Counted from the first letter of the stretch, positions 10,163 through 21,383 are shown. The stretch: 64,000 nt of DNA from Fervidobacterium sp. (GCA_049970055.1 JBMFNR010000001.1:128001-192000), one strand, 5' to 3'. Notes: generated by a model from the sequence alone, not told the origin. Numbers and translations are program-made.

Positions 10163-12922
10163 ATGGATAAACTTATCATTAGAGGTGCAAAGGTACATAA
10201 TTTAAAGGGTATTGATGTAGAAATACCTAAAAATAAGCTTACTGTAATTACAGGGCTTTCAGGTTCGGGGAAAAGCTCGCTGGCAATGGACACGATTTTT
10301 GTAGAAGGGCAAAGGAGATATTTGGAGAGTCTTTCAACTTACGCAAGACAATTCATTGGTGAATTAAAAAAACCAGATGTTGAAAGTATGGAAGGACTTT
10401 CACCTTCAATAGCGATTGATCAAAAGAGTGTTTCACACAACCCAAGGTCCACTGTAGGGACAGTAACAGAGATATATGATTACCTGAGGGTTCTTTATGC
10501 ACAAATTGGTGTACCGCATTGTCCATATTGTGGCCGGGAACTAAGAAAAATGTCCGTTGATGAAATTGTTAATAGTGTAAAGTCCCATTTCGAAAATAGA
10601 AGAGTCCTTATTCTTGCTCCTATCGCACGTGAAAAGAAAGGTACATTTAAGGATGAACTAAACAGTTTTTTAGAACGCGGATATATCAGGGTAGAGGTCG
10701 ATGGTCAGGTCTTCAGGATAGAAGAGATTCCCGAACTAAATAAAAATGTAAGACACAATATTAATTTAGTTATTGATAGAGTTTCTGTCTCGGAAAGCGA
10801 TATACACCGATTATTCCAGTCGGTGGAACTCGCATTAAAGGAAAGCAAAGGCTTTGTTATTGTTAGGACGGAAGACGGTGCACACGAACATCTATATTCT
10901 GAAAAATATTCTTGTCTTTCGTGTGGATTTTCAATGCCGGAAATTACGCCAAAACTTTTTTCATTCAATAGCCCTTACGGAGCCTGTCCGGATTGTCATG
11001 GCCTAGGGTTTAAACTGGAAGTGGATGAAGAGGCGCTTTTTGAAGAGGACAAGCCGATTATGGAAGGGCTTAGGATAGGTCATAAATCGGATGGATGGAT
11101 TCCAAGAAGACTTGAAAGAATACTTAGAGAATATCGTGGTGACCCGAGTAAACCTTTTCGCAGTCAGCCGGATGAAGTAAAGGAAGCCATATTATATGGT
11201 ACTGAATATTTCGAAGGTATCGTGACCATTGTGAAAGAAAGGTACGAAGAATACACATCGGAAGAAACTCGTGAGTGGTTAGTCGAAAACTTTTTTGTTG
11301 AAAGAACATGCCAAACTTGCAAAGGTAAAAGACTTCGTCGGGAAGCATTAAGTGTTACTATCAATGGTTTAAGTATAATAGATTTCACAGACTTACCAAT
11401 TTCGAAGGAGCTGCAAGTCATTAGAAAGTTACCGGAATTACTTTCTTTGAAACAATACGAAGCAATAAGTGAGTTGTTAAGCGAAATACAGAAGCGTCTC
11501 GATTTTCTAGAGCAAGTGGGACTTGGTTATTTGACTTTGTCGAGAAATGTTAGGACACTTTCAGGTGGAGAGGCTCAAAGGATAAGGTTGGCAACACAAA
11601 TTGGTTCACGTTTAACAGGTGTTATATACGTACTCGATGAACCAACGATAGGTTTGCATCAAAGAGATAACGATAGGTTAATTAGTATGTTGAAACAACT
11701 TCGCGATTTAGGGAACACAGTAATAGTTGTTGAGCACGATGAAGATGTTATCAGAAATGCCGACTATATAGTTGACATAGGACCTGGTGCGGGGGTAAAT
11801 GGAGGATATGTTGTTTTTTCTGGTACCGTCGAGGAACTGATGAAAAGCGAAAATTCTTTAACTGGAAAGTATCTTTCAGGAAAATTGAAAATCGAAGTGC
11901 CAAAGGAACGTAGAACGGGTAATGGAAAAGTGATAAGAATAGTTGGCGTAAGGCACAATAACTTGAAAAATATCACTGTTGAATTTCCATTAGGTACGCT
12001 TATTGCTGTAACCGGTGTTAGTGGATCTGGTAAAAGTTCTCTGATATTGGATACATTGTATCCTGCTATTTCTAATAGATTGTACAAAACTAAGTACGAA
12101 ACCGGAGAGTTTGATAGAATAGAGGGATTAGAGGAAATCGATAAAGTGATCGCTATAGATCAATCACCTATTGGTCGTACTCCACGTAGTAATCCAGCAA
12201 CTTACACAAAAGTTTTTGATGCAATCAGAGAATTATTTGCGATGACGCCAGAAGCAAAGGTGCGTGGTTACGATAAAGGAAGATTCAGTTTCAACGTCAA
12301 AGGTGGAAGGTGTGAATCCTGTGCTGGTCAAGGTGTTGTCAAGATCGAAATGATGTTCCTACCGGAAGTTTACATTGAATGTGATGTTTGCAAAGGGTCA
12401 AGGTATAACTCGGAAACGTTGGAAGTTACGTACAAGGGGAAGAATATAGCGGATGTACTCAACATGACGGTAGATGAGGCTCTTGAATTTTTCCAAAATA
12501 TACCTGCTATAAGAGATACATTACAAGTTCTTTCCGATGTTGGACTTGGTTATATAAAACTTGGACAATCGGCCACAACATTGTCTGGTGGTGAAGCACA
12601 AAGAGTGAAACTTGCTTCAGAATTAAGAAAAAAAGCAACCGGGAGGACATTGTACATTTTAGATGAACCAACTGTTGGCTTACACTTCGACGATGTAAAA
12701 AAACTCATAGAAGTTTTGAATAGACTTGTTGATAAAGGTAATACGGTTATAATTATAGAGCATAACCTCGATGTCATAAAATCTGCCGATTATGTGATAG
12801 ATCTAGGCCCTGAAGGTGGCGACGAAGGGGGATACGTTGTCACAACAGGCACACCCGAACAGGTAGCTCAAAATAAAAACTCTTGGACGGGAAAATACCT
12901 GATGAGAATTTTAAGTAAATGA
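10163..12922 (+). CDS. uvrA: excinuclease ABC subunit A
   Basis: Two Walker A ([16 protein letters not shown]), two LSGGEAQR, zinc-finger CxxC motifs, [10 protein letters not shown]. Confidence 0.98.
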   Translation: MDKLIIRGAKVHNLKGIDVEIPKNKLTVITGLSGSGKSSLAMDTIFVEGQRRYLESLSTYARQFIGELKKPDVESMEGLSPSIAIDQKSVSHNPRSTVGTVTEIYDYLRVLYAQIGVPHCPYCGRELRKMSVDEIVNSVKSHFENRRVLILAPIAREKKGTFKDELNSFLERGYIRVEVDGQVFRIEEIPELNKNVRHNINLVIDRVSVSESDIHRLFQSVELALKESKGFVIVRTEDGAHEHLYSEKYSCLSCGFSMPEITPKLFSFNSPYGACPDCHGLGFKLEVDEEALFEEDKPIMEGLRIGHKSDGWIPRRLERILREYRGDPSKPFRSQPDEVKEAILYGTEYFEGIVTIVKERYEEYTSEETREWLVENFFVERTCQTCKGKRLRREALSVTINGLSIIDFTDLPISKELQVIRKLPELLSLKQYEAISELLSEIQKRLDFLEQVGLGYLTLSRNVRTLSGGEAQRIRLATQIGSRLTGVIYVLDEPTIGLHQRDNDRLISMLKQLRDLGNTVIVVEHDEDVIRNADYIVDIGPGAGVNGGYVVFSGTVEELMKSENSLTGKYLSGKLKIEVPKERRTGNGKVIRIVGVRHNNLKNITVEFPLGTLIAVTGVSGSGKSSLILDTLYPAISNRLYKTKYETGEFDRIEGLEEIDKVIAIDQSPIGRTPRSNPATYTKVFDAIRELFAMTPEAKVRGYDKGRFSFNVKGGRCESCAGQGVVKIEMMFLPEVYIECDVCKGSRYNSETLEVTYKGKNIADVLNMTVDEALEFFQNIPAIRDTLQVLSDVGLGYIKLGQSATTLSGGEAQRVKLASELRKKATGRTLYILDEPTVGLHFDDVKKLIEVLNRLVDKGNTVIIIEHNLDVIKSADYVIDLGPEGGDEGGYVVTTGTPEQVAQNKNSWTGKYLMRILSK

Positions 12923-12966
12923 ATATTATAAGTATTTGTAAACTTCATAACTTTGGAGGGGTAAAT

Positions 12967-13557
12967 TTGTTTAGGATATATGTGGCAAGTAAGAACGAAC
13001 ACAAAATTCGCGAAATCAAGCTTGTAGCTCCTGACTCTATTGAACTCATTCCCATTGATTTGGATTTTGGTGTTGTTGAAGATGGAGAAACGTTCTTGGA
13101 AAACTCTGTAAAAAAAGCTATAGAGTATGGCAAAATTGTTAACGCGCCCGTTGTGGCGGACGATTCAGGTTTATCGATAGATAGTCTTGATGGTTTTCCA
13201 GGAGTTATGTCAGCTCGTTATATGGAAGGCGCACCTTACAAGGAAAAGATGGAGAGTATAATCCAACTAATGAAAAATTTCAAAACACTGGAAGAGAGGA
13301 AAGCTAAATTTGTGTGTGTGGCAACTTATTTCAACCCACTGAAGAACTTTTTGGTTTCTGTTGAAGGCCACATTGAAGGAAGTATAGCGACAGAAATACG
13401 CGGTCAAAGGGGGTTTGGATACGACCCTATTTTTGTTCCAATAGGATACGATAAAACATTTGGTGAACTAGGTGAAGAATTAAAGAAAGTAATTAGCCAT
13501 AGAAGTATTGCCTTTAAAAAGCTTTTCAGTATACTTAAAAAAATCGGTGAAATTTAG
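12967..13557 (+). CDS. rdgB: RdgB/HAM1 non-canonical purine NTP pyrophosphatase
   Basis: [34 protein letters not shown]. Start placed at TTG 12967 after GGAGGG. Confidence 0.93.
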   Translation: MFRIYVASKNEHKIREIKLVAPDSIELIPIDLDFGVVEDGETFLENSVKKAIEYGKIVNAPVVADDSGLSIDSLDGFPGVMSARYMEGAPYKEKMESIIQLMKNFKTLEERKAKFVCVATYFNPLKNFLVSVEGHIEGSIATEIRGQRGFGYDPIFVPIGYDKTFGELGEELKKVISHRSIAFKKLFSILKKIGEI

Positions 13558-13597
13558 CAGACTTTGAATATTTTATTTTTCATTTGGGGGAATTTTT

Positions 13598-14785
13598 ATG
13601 CTTGTTATACACGCTGATAGATTACTGACACCCATAAAACAGCCAGTGAAAGGCACCGATATGAGAAGTATTGAAGAATTATTTGATGTCGATATTGTTG
13701 TTGATGGTGGTTACGTAATAGACATTAGAAGGCATAAAAGTGCTGATTATAGTGCAAAATTAGTCACGCCTGGTTTATTTGATGCACATACACACATTCC
13801 ATTCATTGGCTCACGTTCGAAAGAATTTCTTATGCGTGCGAGGGGCAAGACTTATCTGGAGATACTTCACGCTGGTGGTGGAATACACTACACGACAGCT
13901 CTGGTGAAGAAATCAAGCGAGGAGGAACTCTATAAGGAAGCAAAGAGGTATGTAGATGCATTTACAAGACATGGGATCGTTGGATTGGAATGTAAGAGTG
14001 GCTACGGGCTAGATAAAGAAAACGAACTAAAGCAGCTGAGAGTGATAAAGAAGCTAAAATCAGAACTACCAAATAGGATAACAAGTACATTTTTGGGATT
14101 ACATGCAAAACCTTTACCTGATTCTGGCAAAAGTGTTAATATATACATCAAGGAAATGACGGAACTTCTAGATGTTATTAAGCAAGAAGAACTTGCAGAT
14201 TTTGTTGATGCGTTTGTCGATAAGGGAGTCTACCTACCCGAAGAATTAAGTTATTTTTTTGAAAAAGCTAAGGCAATCGGTTTCAAAGTAAGGTTACATG
14301 CCGATGAACTTGAAAACGTTGGAGCTTGTAGATTTGGTGAAAAAATTGGAGCAATAAGCGTTGATCATGTTTTAAAAATTTCTAAAGAGGACATTTCCAC
14401 ACTCTCACATTCAAATACGCTTGTTACATTAATGCCAGCGACGAGTTTTTACCTTGGTGAAAGTTACGCACCAGCTAGGGAAATTATAAATAATGGAATA
14501 GGTGTAGCACTTGGTTCCGATTTTAACCCAGGTTCTTCGCCTATTTACTATCCCGGGTTTGTTATGCATCTTGCCATTAGATTTTTGAAGATGGACCCTG
14601 AAGAAGTTTTAAATGCTTACACTGCTAATAGTGCTTATGTACTTGGGTTTAAGTCTGGAATACTTGCTCCCGGGTACCCCGCTGACATGGTCTTATGGAG
14701 TACAAGTGAATTTTTAGATATACCGTATATGTTCCAAGAAAACTGGGTTGAAAAAGTCTTAATAGGTGGGAAGCTGTATGTTTAA
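13598..14785 (+). CDS. hutI: imidazolonepropionase
   Basis: PGLFDAHTH, G..YLEILHAGGGI, KSGYGL, LHADEL, DHV, SDFNPGSSP. Confidence 0.9.
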   Translation: MLVIHADRLLTPIKQPVKGTDMRSIEELFDVDIVVDGGYVIDIRRHKSADYSAKLVTPGLFDAHTHIPFIGSRSKEFLMRARGKTYLEILHAGGGIHYTTALVKKSSEEELYKEAKRYVDAFTRHGIVGLECKSGYGLDKENELKQLRVIKKLKSELPNRITSTFLGLHAKPLPDSGKSVNIYIKEMTELLDVIKQEELADFVDAFVDKGVYLPEELSYFFEKAKAIGFKVRLHADELENVGACRFGEKIGAISVDHVLKISKEDISTLSHSNTLVTLMPATSFYLGESYAPAREIINNGIGVALGSDFNPGSSPIYYPGFVMHLAIRFLKMDPEEVLNAYTANSAYVLGFKSGILAPGYPADMVLWSTSEFLDIPYMFQENWVEKVLIGGKLYV

Positions 14786-15143
14786 AAAAAGCGATTTAAT
14801 TTTACTTACTATCGTTTTATTTTTGTCTTCTTTATTTTTAGTTCGAGGTTTCTTTTTTAAAAATGACGAAAAAGCTGATGGTGTTGTGGTTAGAATCTCT
14901 GGGGAAGAAGTTTACCATTTTTCTCAGCCCGGAGAGTGGAAGATACATAACAAAAATGGTAAGTATGTAACTACACTTCATTTTGATGGTCAAAAAGTTT
15001 GGGTTACCGATTCTAATTGTCCTGACAAAATTTGTGAAAAAACTGGTAAAGTCGAGCCTGGAGGAAGTATAATATGTGTGCCAAACAGAACGATAATAGA
15101 ATTCAAGAAAAAAACAGAGAACATCGACGTAGAAACGTGGTAA
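14778..15143 (+). CDS. NusG domain II (DUF1312)-type membrane-anchored protein
   Basis: N-terminal TM (KKSDLILL), SNCPDKICEKTG, IICVPNR. Start placed at ATG 14778. Confidence 0.85.
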   Translation: MFKKSDLILLTIVLFLSSLFLVRGFFFKNDEKADGVVVRISGEEVYHFSQPGEWKIHNKNGKYVTTLHFDGQKVWVTDSNCPDKICEKTGKVEPGGSIICVPNRTIIEFKKKTENIDVETW

Positions 15144-15613
15144 TGTTTGGCCTCTTTATAGCTCTTAGTAGTGTGATATACGTTGTGGAAGGTATCGTGC
15201 CTTTCCCAGTTCCGGGTGGTAAGTGGGGATTTTCAAATTTCCTTGTCCTGTACCTTTCGTATTATTGCAATCTCCAAGATGCATTACTACTTGCGGTATC
15301 TAAATCTCTTTTGGGCTCGATACTCTCCGGGACGATATTTACACCAGGGTTCTTTATGGGCTTTTTGGGTAGTGTAGCTGCGGCACTGGTCCAAAGTTTA
15401 GTGAAAAAGTTGAAGATATTTGGTATAACCGGCGTTAGTCTGTTTGGTATGATTTCTAACAACCTGGTACAATTCTTCATAGGTAGCTTACTGATAGGTT
15501 CGAGTGTAATTTATGGACTTCTTCCTTTGGTTTTATTTCTTGGAGCTTTTTCAGCGATCGCTAACGCATATCTTTCAGTGCAAACTTCACACATTTTAAC
15601 GAAAGTAGAATAA
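15074..15613 (+). CDS. Gx transporter family ('heptaprenyl diphosphate synthase component I') membrane protein
   Basis: VVEGIVPFPVPGGKWGFSN, hydrophobic throughout, GVSLFG..NNLVQ. Start uncertain (alternative ATG 15143 in a TAATG overlap). Confidence 0.8.
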   Translation: MCAKQNDNRIQEKNREHRRRNVVMFGLFIALSSVIYVVEGIVPFPVPGGKWGFSNFLVLYLSYYCNLQDALLLAVSKSLLGSILSGTIFTPGFFMGFLGSVAAALVQSLVKKLKIFGITGVSLFGMISNNLVQFFIGSLLIGSSVIYGLLPLVLFLGAFSAIANAYLSVQTSHILTKVE

Positions 15614-15658
15614 CACTAAATTAATTAAGGAGACTTAATGTAATTGTGAAATGAGGAG

Positions 15659-16984
15659 GTGAGCAAAATGCTGAAAAGGTCAGATTTTCCAAAAGGATTC
15701 ATCTTTGGGACAGCTACGGCAGCTTATCAGATCGAGGGTGCTGCCAACGAAGATGGTAGGGGACCTTCGATATGGGATGTTTTTTCACACACACCAGGCA
15801 AAACTTTCAATGGAGATACAGGAAATGTTGCATGCGATCATTATCATAGATACAAAGAAGACGTAGCTTTAATGAAAGAGATAGGTCTCGATGCGTATCG
15901 TTTTTCAATTTCGTGGCCACGGGTTATGCCAGACGGGAAAAATATCAACCAGAAAGGTGTTGACTTTTACAACAGATTAGTTGATGAGTTGCTTGAGAAT
16001 GGTATAACACCGTTTGTCACGTTGTATCATTGGGACTTACCGCACGCATTATACAAAAATGGAGGATGGTTAAATCCAGATATCGCTATTTACTTTAGAT
16101 CATATGCACTGTTTATGTTCAATGAGCTGGGTGATAGAGTGAAGCATTGGATCACATTAAACGAGCCTTGGTGTTCGTCGTTCCTTGGATATTTCACAGG
16201 AGAACATGCACCTGGCCATACTAATTTGCAAGAGGCCTTGATTGCAGCTCATAACTTGCTAAGGGCGCATGGGTATGCCGTCCAATCCTTTAGAGAAGAG
16301 GTAAAAGATGGTAAGATTGGTTTAACGAATGTTGTTATGAAAGTAGAACCAGGTGATGCTAAGCCAGAAAGTTTTTTAGTAGCTGGACTTGTAGATAAAG
16401 TTGTCAACGCATGGTTTCACGATCCTGTTATATTTGGAAAATACCCGCAAGAGGCTGTTGAAAATTATTATGGTTTGGGATTAACAGTGCCGGATGGCGA
16501 TTTTGATATTATATCAACACCTATAGATTTCTTCGGTGTAAATTACTATACGCGTACACTGGTTGTATACGACGAAAATAGCCCTATGAAATTTTCATAC
16601 GTTCAAGGGAATCTACCGAAAACCGATATGGGTTGGGAAATTTACCCGCAAGGTCTTTTCGATATGCTTGTGTATCTTAAAGAAAGGTACAAATTACCTT
16701 TGTACATAACAGAAAATGGAATAGCCGGTCCAGACAAGTTAGAAAACGGAAAGATCGACGATGGTTACAGGATAAATTATCTTGAAAAGCACTTTGAAAA
16801 GGCCCTTGAAGCAATCAGCGCAGGGGTAGACTTGAAAGGTTATTTCATATGGTCCTTGATCGACAATTTTGAATGGGCATACGGTTATTCGAAGAGGTTT
16901 GGGATAGTATACGTTGATTACAATACACAAAAAAGGATTCTAAAAAAGAGCGCACATTGGCTCAAAGAATTTTTGAAAAATTAA
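15659..16984 (+). CDS. bglA: GH1 beta-glucosidase
   Basis: FIFGTATAAYQIEG, TLNEP (acid/base), ITENG (nucleophile), DNFEWAYGY. Confidence 0.93.
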   Translation: MSKMLKRSDFPKGFIFGTATAAYQIEGAANEDGRGPSIWDVFSHTPGKTFNGDTGNVACDHYHRYKEDVALMKEIGLDAYRFSISWPRVMPDGKNINQKGVDFYNRLVDELLENGITPFVTLYHWDLPHALYKNGGWLNPDIAIYFRSYALFMFNELGDRVKHWITLNEPWCSSFLGYFTGEHAPGHTNLQEALIAAHNLLRAHGYAVQSFREEVKDGKIGLTNVVMKVEPGDAKPESFLVAGLVDKVVNAWFHDPVIFGKYPQEAVENYYGLGLTVPDGDFDIISTPIDFFGVNYYTRTLVVYDENSPMKFSYVQGNLPKTDMGWEIYPQGLFDMLVYLKERYKLPLYITENGIAGPDKLENGKIDDGYRINYLEKHFEKALEAISAGVDLKGYFIWSLIDNFEWAYGYSKRFGIVYVDYNTQKRILKKSAHWLKEFLKN

Positions 16985-16996
16985 TAAAAGAATAGC

Positions 16997-17025
16997 AAAA
17001 AAAGGGTGCACTTGCACCCTTTTTT
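16997..17025. terminator. bidirectional intrinsic terminator
   Basis: AAAAAAGGGTGCA-CT-TGCACCCTTTTTT between convergent bglA and fliY. Confidence 0.85.
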
Positions 17026-17040
17026 ACTTTTCTATTTTTA

Positions 17041-18138
17041 TCATTTTAAACTGTACAACCTCTCCTTTGGACTAACTATCTCTGTTATCCTCACACCGAA
17101 GTTCTCGTCTATAACTACAACCTCACCATGCGCAATTAATTTGTTATTCACGTAAACATCAACAGGCTCACCAGTTAACTTATCAAGTTCAATAAGTGAA
17201 CCTACACCGAGTTCCATGACTTCTTTTAGTGTCAGTTTTGTTCTACCAAGCTCAACAGTAATGTTTAGTGGAACATCGAAAAGTAGCTGCAATCTCTCGT
17301 CGATAACGTTTGGCTGCTGAGATTTGCTCTGTGCTTTTTCGAAATCTTCAAATTGTACGGGACGAGCTGCTATCGTTGGTTTTTCTTGTTTTTTCGAAGG
17401 GGTTGATTGTGCGGTTGATTGCACGCTTTTCTGCTTTGTTGAAAAGCTACTTTGCGTTTCACTCTTTTCTGGTTGAACTTGTACTGTACCGAAGATCATA
17501 TCGTGCAATTTTTTAACAAACGGTATCGGCATTGCAAGGAAAAAACTTGCATCTTCCAGACCTTCTATGGACATTGTAAAATCAACTTTCGCAACTTTGT
17601 CGTTCTCATCACCAATGGGAGGAAATTTTACCTCCTTGTTATCAAAATCCAAAATTTCAACAGTTGGTGGGGTTATATTCACCGACTTTTTTATCATATC
17701 GGATAACGAAGTAGCCGCTGAACCCATCATTTGGTTCATTGCTTCTCCAACGGCGCTTAATTTCATCTCATCAAGCTCATAACTTTCAATATTACCGAGT
17801 CCACCCATCATTATATCAGCGATTTGTGCAGCTGTTTTCTTTTCAAGAACAAGTGTATTAAGACCTTCCACGACACCCTCAAAGTGAATAATTACACTGA
17901 CTTTTTGTCCCTTAATCTCTTCACGTAAGGTTTTTAATGTCTTCACTTCCACCTCTGGAGTTGATATATCGACTTTTCTACCAAGTATATTTGAGAGTGC
18001 TGTTGCACCAGCACCAAGAATGATGTTTCCAACTTCACCTATCATATCCTTTTCTATATCGCTCAATGATTCCTCACTACTAAGTTGACCTAATAAAGCA
18101 TCAAGTTCTTCTTGAGACAAAAAATCATCCGCCATCAT
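17041..18138 (-). CDS. fliY: flagellar switch phosphatase FliY (CheC-like plus FliN domains)
   Basis: LSQEELDALL CheY-binding peptide, two E-x-x-N motifs (GEVGN, GEAMN), C-terminal SpoA domain GEVVVIDENFGVRITEI. Confidence 0.92.
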   Translation of the reverse strand: MMADDFLSQEELDALLGQLSSEESLSDIEKDMIGEVGNIILGAGATALSNILGRKVDISTPEVEVKTLKTLREEIKGQKVSVIIHFEGVVEGLNTLVLEKKTAAQIADIMMGGLGNIESYELDEMKLSAVGEAMNQMMGSAATSLSDMIKKSVNITPPTVEILDFDNKEVKFPPIGDENDKVAKVDFTMSIEGLEDASFFLAMPIPFVKKLHDMIFGTVQVQPEKSETQSSFSTKQKSVQSTAQSTPSKKQEKPTIAARPVQFEDFEKAQSKSQQPNVIDERLQLLFDVPLNITVELGRTKLTLKEVMELGVGSLIELDKLTGEPVDVYVNNKLIAHGEVVVIDENFGVRITEIVSPKERLYSLK

Positions 18139-19133
18139 TCTTCTTCACCTTCCTCTAAGACACCCGTAATCTTTACGGCATAATTACCTTTGTAATGCCC
18201 GGGTTTACCAAGGAATTTTGTTATTCCGTTTATCTTAACTCTTATTGGATCGTTGTAGTGCTCTTTAAGCCTTATAACGTCTCCTAACTCCAATGTTACT
18301 ATTTCACCAAGGGTAAGAACAGTTTCACCTATTATAGCAATAGCATCAACTTTTGTTTGTTTTAGGTTATTTTTCAAATTTTCCATAAGCTCTTGGGTAA
18401 TTTCTTTTTGCTTTACTTTAAACCAACTTTGTGTAGTCAGTTTTTCACCAATTGGCTCGATTACTGAAGACGGCCAGCAAACACTCATGTAACCCTCTAT
18501 CTTCCCAAAACTCACAAAAAACGTTATCGCTAAAACCATTTCACTACTTGGTACGATTTGCACAAATTGTGGGTTGGTTTCAGTAGATTCAACCACTGGA
18601 ATGAATGGATGAACGGAAGTCCATGCTTGTGATAAAGAGGTTAAGATATTTACAACCTCTTTTTTTATGATTCCACTCTCAATATCGGTAGGTACTCTTT
18701 TAGTATCTATGACTTCACCAGGTCCGCCAAGTAATACGTCAAGGATACCGTAGAATATTTCAAGGCTCATGTTTAGTATTGCGCTTCCAACGAATTCTCT
18801 TGCACTGAAGATGGTAATAAACGATGGATTACTAATCGATTTCATGTACTCATCGTAAGTTAATTGGTCGATACCAACTACGTTAACTGATGTAAAAGAT
18901 CTTAATTTTCCCGAAAGATATGTTGAGACCCCTCTTGAAAAATTCTCATGGATCATTTGAACAGTTCTAATCTGTTCTTTTGAAAATTTCTGCGGGCGCA
19001 AAAAATCGTATACACGAATTTTTTTTCCTTCACCCTCTTTTTTTACTTCCTCTATGTTAACTTCGCCTTGCGACAATGCCGCTAATAATCTATCTATTTC
19101 CTCTTGACTTAGTACATCTGACAAAATTATCAC
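18135..19133 (-). CDS. fliM: flagellar motor switch protein FliM
   Basis: LSQEEIDRLL, YDFLRPQKFSKEQ, ETNPQFVQIV, C-terminal SpoA. Confidence 0.95.
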   Translation of the reverse strand: MIILSDVLSQEEIDRLLAALSQGEVNIEEVKKEGEGKKIRVYDFLRPQKFSKEQIRTVQMIHENFSRGVSTYLSGKLRSFTSVNVVGIDQLTYDEYMKSISNPSFITIFSAREFVGSAILNMSLEIFYGILDVLLGGPGEVIDTKRVPTDIESGIIKKEVVNILTSLSQAWTSVHPFIPVVESTETNPQFVQIVPSSEMVLAITFFVSFGKIEGYMSVCWPSSVIEPIGEKLTTQSWFKVKQKEITQELMENLKNNLKQTKVDAIAIIGETVLTLGEIVTLELGDVIRLKEHYNDPIRVKINGITKFLGKPGHYKGNYAVKITGVLEEGEEE

Positions 19134-19169
19134 TCCCTTAAGGGAAAAGGTGTTAAATACTGCCCACTA

Positions 19170-19688
19170 CTACTGTACACTACTAATGGATTTTATGTAT
19201 ATGTAGACATTTAAAACACCAAACTTTTCTTTTTCTCCAGTGAATCCTGTTATTTCATTCACAGCTTCTCTGATTTGCTTTTTGAGCAAATCAATTCCAG
19301 CCGGTGTAGTGAGTTCGAATCTTTCTTTACTAAGAAAGATGGTACTTAAGGCATCCATAATTTCATCATTTTTATCTGCAACTGCTGCTCTACATGGTTC
19401 ACTACCAACGAGTAAAGTTAATGAATCAATAACGACGACATCTCTTCCGCCTTTGAGCATAAATGTTTGGAATTTTCCTGCTTGAATTACAACAGCCTTT
19501 ATCTGTGTTGGCACAGTTGTTTGCTGTTGTTGCTGAGTTTCTTTTGGTGTCTTGTTTTGACCGAGTAAAAAGAACACAGCTAAACTTACAACAAGTGAAA
19601 TAACAAGAGGTACCGCTACGATACTAATTATTCCCATCAAAGGGTTTGATTTTTTTTTCTGTTCATTCTGTTCCACTTCTTCCGGCAT
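19170..19688 (-). CDS. fliL: flagellar basal body-associated protein FliL
   Basis: Single N-terminal TM, L.TPAGIDLLKKQIREAVN; located between motB and fliM. Confidence 0.85.
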   Translation of the reverse strand: MPEEVEQNEQKKKSNPLMGIISIVAVPLVISLVVSLAVFFLLGQNKTPKETQQQQQTTVPTQIKAVVIQAGKFQTFMLKGGRDVVVIDSLTLLVGSEPCRAAVADKNDEIMDALSTIFLSKERFELTTPAGIDLLKKQIREAVNEITGFTGEKEKFGVLNVYIYIKSISSVQ

Positions 19689-19690
19689 CG

Positions 19691-20563
19691 TTACCCACCC
19701 CTTGTCTCTCTTTTTATCATTATCTCGATTTTTCTGTACTTTCTTCTTGTATTCTCTACATCACTATTGTATTTAGACGTAATTATAGAGCGCTTTGTTT
19801 GATACTCATTCACAGATATTTTACCACTTTCGTATTCACTTTGAAGCCTCGACATATCAAAATCATAGTTGGCTTTTATAGACTTCAGTTCTTTATTTAC
19901 ATCAACATCTCCCTTGCCAATTGGTACGAATCTATCCGGTGCGTAAAAGTAATCTATATCAAACAACCCAGAACGTATATCGGCAATCCTTAGAACATAC
20001 CTTTTTTGCTTTAGCTCAGTTAACATGAAATTAACAACACTTGAAGCCCTTGCACTGCTAAGATGCCAATTTGATGGGTATATGGAGTCGGGTGTAAGTG
20101 GCCTGTCATCTGCGTAACCACGTACTTCTATTATATTTGAAGTATGTTCAATTATCACTGCACCTAATTTCTCTATAATCTCCTTTGCTTCAGCTGTCAA
20201 TTTTGCACTTCCAGGATCGAAGATTTTGAAATTTGTGAGTGTTATTAATGTTCCTTCATCTTTGTCTTCTATGGTAATTTTCCCCTTATACTCCTCTGAA
20301 ATTCTTAAAAGTTCTTGGTACACCCCAGGTTTACTTGAAATGAGTGCTTCTTCACTTAAGGTTTGACCACCCGTTAATACACTTGGAGGATTACCCTTTA
20401 GTGCAACGGTAATACCGACAACTACTTGTTGGAACTTTCCTGGTGTTATTGTTGACATTGAAAATAGTAAAACAAAGAATGTCAATAGCAAAGTAACCAT
20501 GTCACCGTATGTGTTAAGCCACTCGGGAACTGATTTACACACACATTTTTCTTTTTTAGCCAC
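19691..20563 (-). CDS. motB: flagellar stator protein MotB
   Basis: WLNTYGDMVTLLLTFFVLL TM with conserved Asp; OmpA-like GYADD...SNWHLSSARA. Confidence 0.93.
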   Translation of the reverse strand: MAKKEKCVCKSVPEWLNTYGDMVTLLLTFFVLLFSMSTITPGKFQQVVVGITVALKGNPPSVLTGGQTLSEEALISSKPGVYQELLRISEEYKGKITIEDKDEGTLITLTNFKIFDPGSAKLTAEAKEIIEKLGAVIIEHTSNIIEVRGYADDRPLTPDSIYPSNWHLSSARASSVVNFMLTELKQKRYVLRIADIRSGLFDIDYFYAPDRFVPIGKGDVDVNKELKSIKANYDFDMSRLQSEYESGKISVNEYQTKRSIITSKYNSDVENTRRKYRKIEIMIKRETRGG

Positions 20564-21360
20564 TAAGCACCAGCTCCCTGGACTTGTGCTTCGTATTTGG
20601 CCCTTTCTTGAGATGGCAAGTACGACTTTAGTTTTTCTTCCAGTACTCTTGGATTTTCACCTGCTTGAATCGATAATATTCCTTCTAGTATCATTCTCTT
20701 ATACACTTCAAGGTCGGCTGCCCTTCTTGTGATTTTCTCAGCGACAGGTATTCCAACAATATTAGCCAAAATTGAACCGTACAACGTTGTGATAAGAGCA
20801 ACAGCCATCGATGGACCAAGTGTCTCAGGGTTATTTAGACTTTTAAGCATTTGAATCAATCCGACAAGTGTTCCAATCATACCAAACGCTGGCCCGAATG
20901 TACCCAAAGAGTCAAAAAAGCCTTTTTGATCCATCATCTCTGATGTTGCCATATCAATTTCGATTTCCATCATTGTTCTTAAGACCTCTGGTTCTGTACC
21001 ATCGACAACTAATTGCACAGCTTTTTTAAAGTACGGATCTTGAATTTCCTCTATACTCGATTCTAATGATAGAAGTCCTTCCCTTCGAGCCTTTTCAGAA
21101 AAACTTACAAGAGTTCTTAAAGTACCAACGTAGTCAATTTTCGGCTCTTTTATAGCTCCCATAATCACCTTTACAATTCCGAAAACAACACTTTTTTTAT
21201 TAGCAGTTATCGCCGAAGAAATTGCTCCACCAACGGTTATAACTACGGAAGGAATATTGATAAAAGTTGCAAAGTCCCCAGATCCACTTATTATTCCGTA
21301 GACCATCATTCCAAAGCCGATCACAATACCTAAGACTACTGTTATATCCATCCGGATCAC
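20563..21360 (-). CDS. motA: flagellar stator protein MotA
   Basis: ARREGLLSLE, PAFGMIGTLVGLIQML, VALITTLYG, IQAGENP. Confidence 0.95.
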   Translation of the reverse strand: MIRMDITVVLGIVIGFGMMVYGIISGSGDFATFINIPSVVITVGGAISSAITANKKSVVFGIVKVIMGAIKEPKIDYVGTLRTLVSFSEKARREGLLSLESSIEEIQDPYFKKAVQLVVDGTEPEVLRTMMEIEIDMATSEMMDQKGFFDSLGTFGPAFGMIGTLVGLIQMLKSLNNPETLGPSMAVALITTLYGSILANIVGIPVAEKITRRAADLEVYKRMILEGILSIQAGENPRVLEEKLKSYLPSQERAKYEAQVQGAGA

Positions 21361-21383
21361 CTACCAATTTGGTGAGATTGCTA

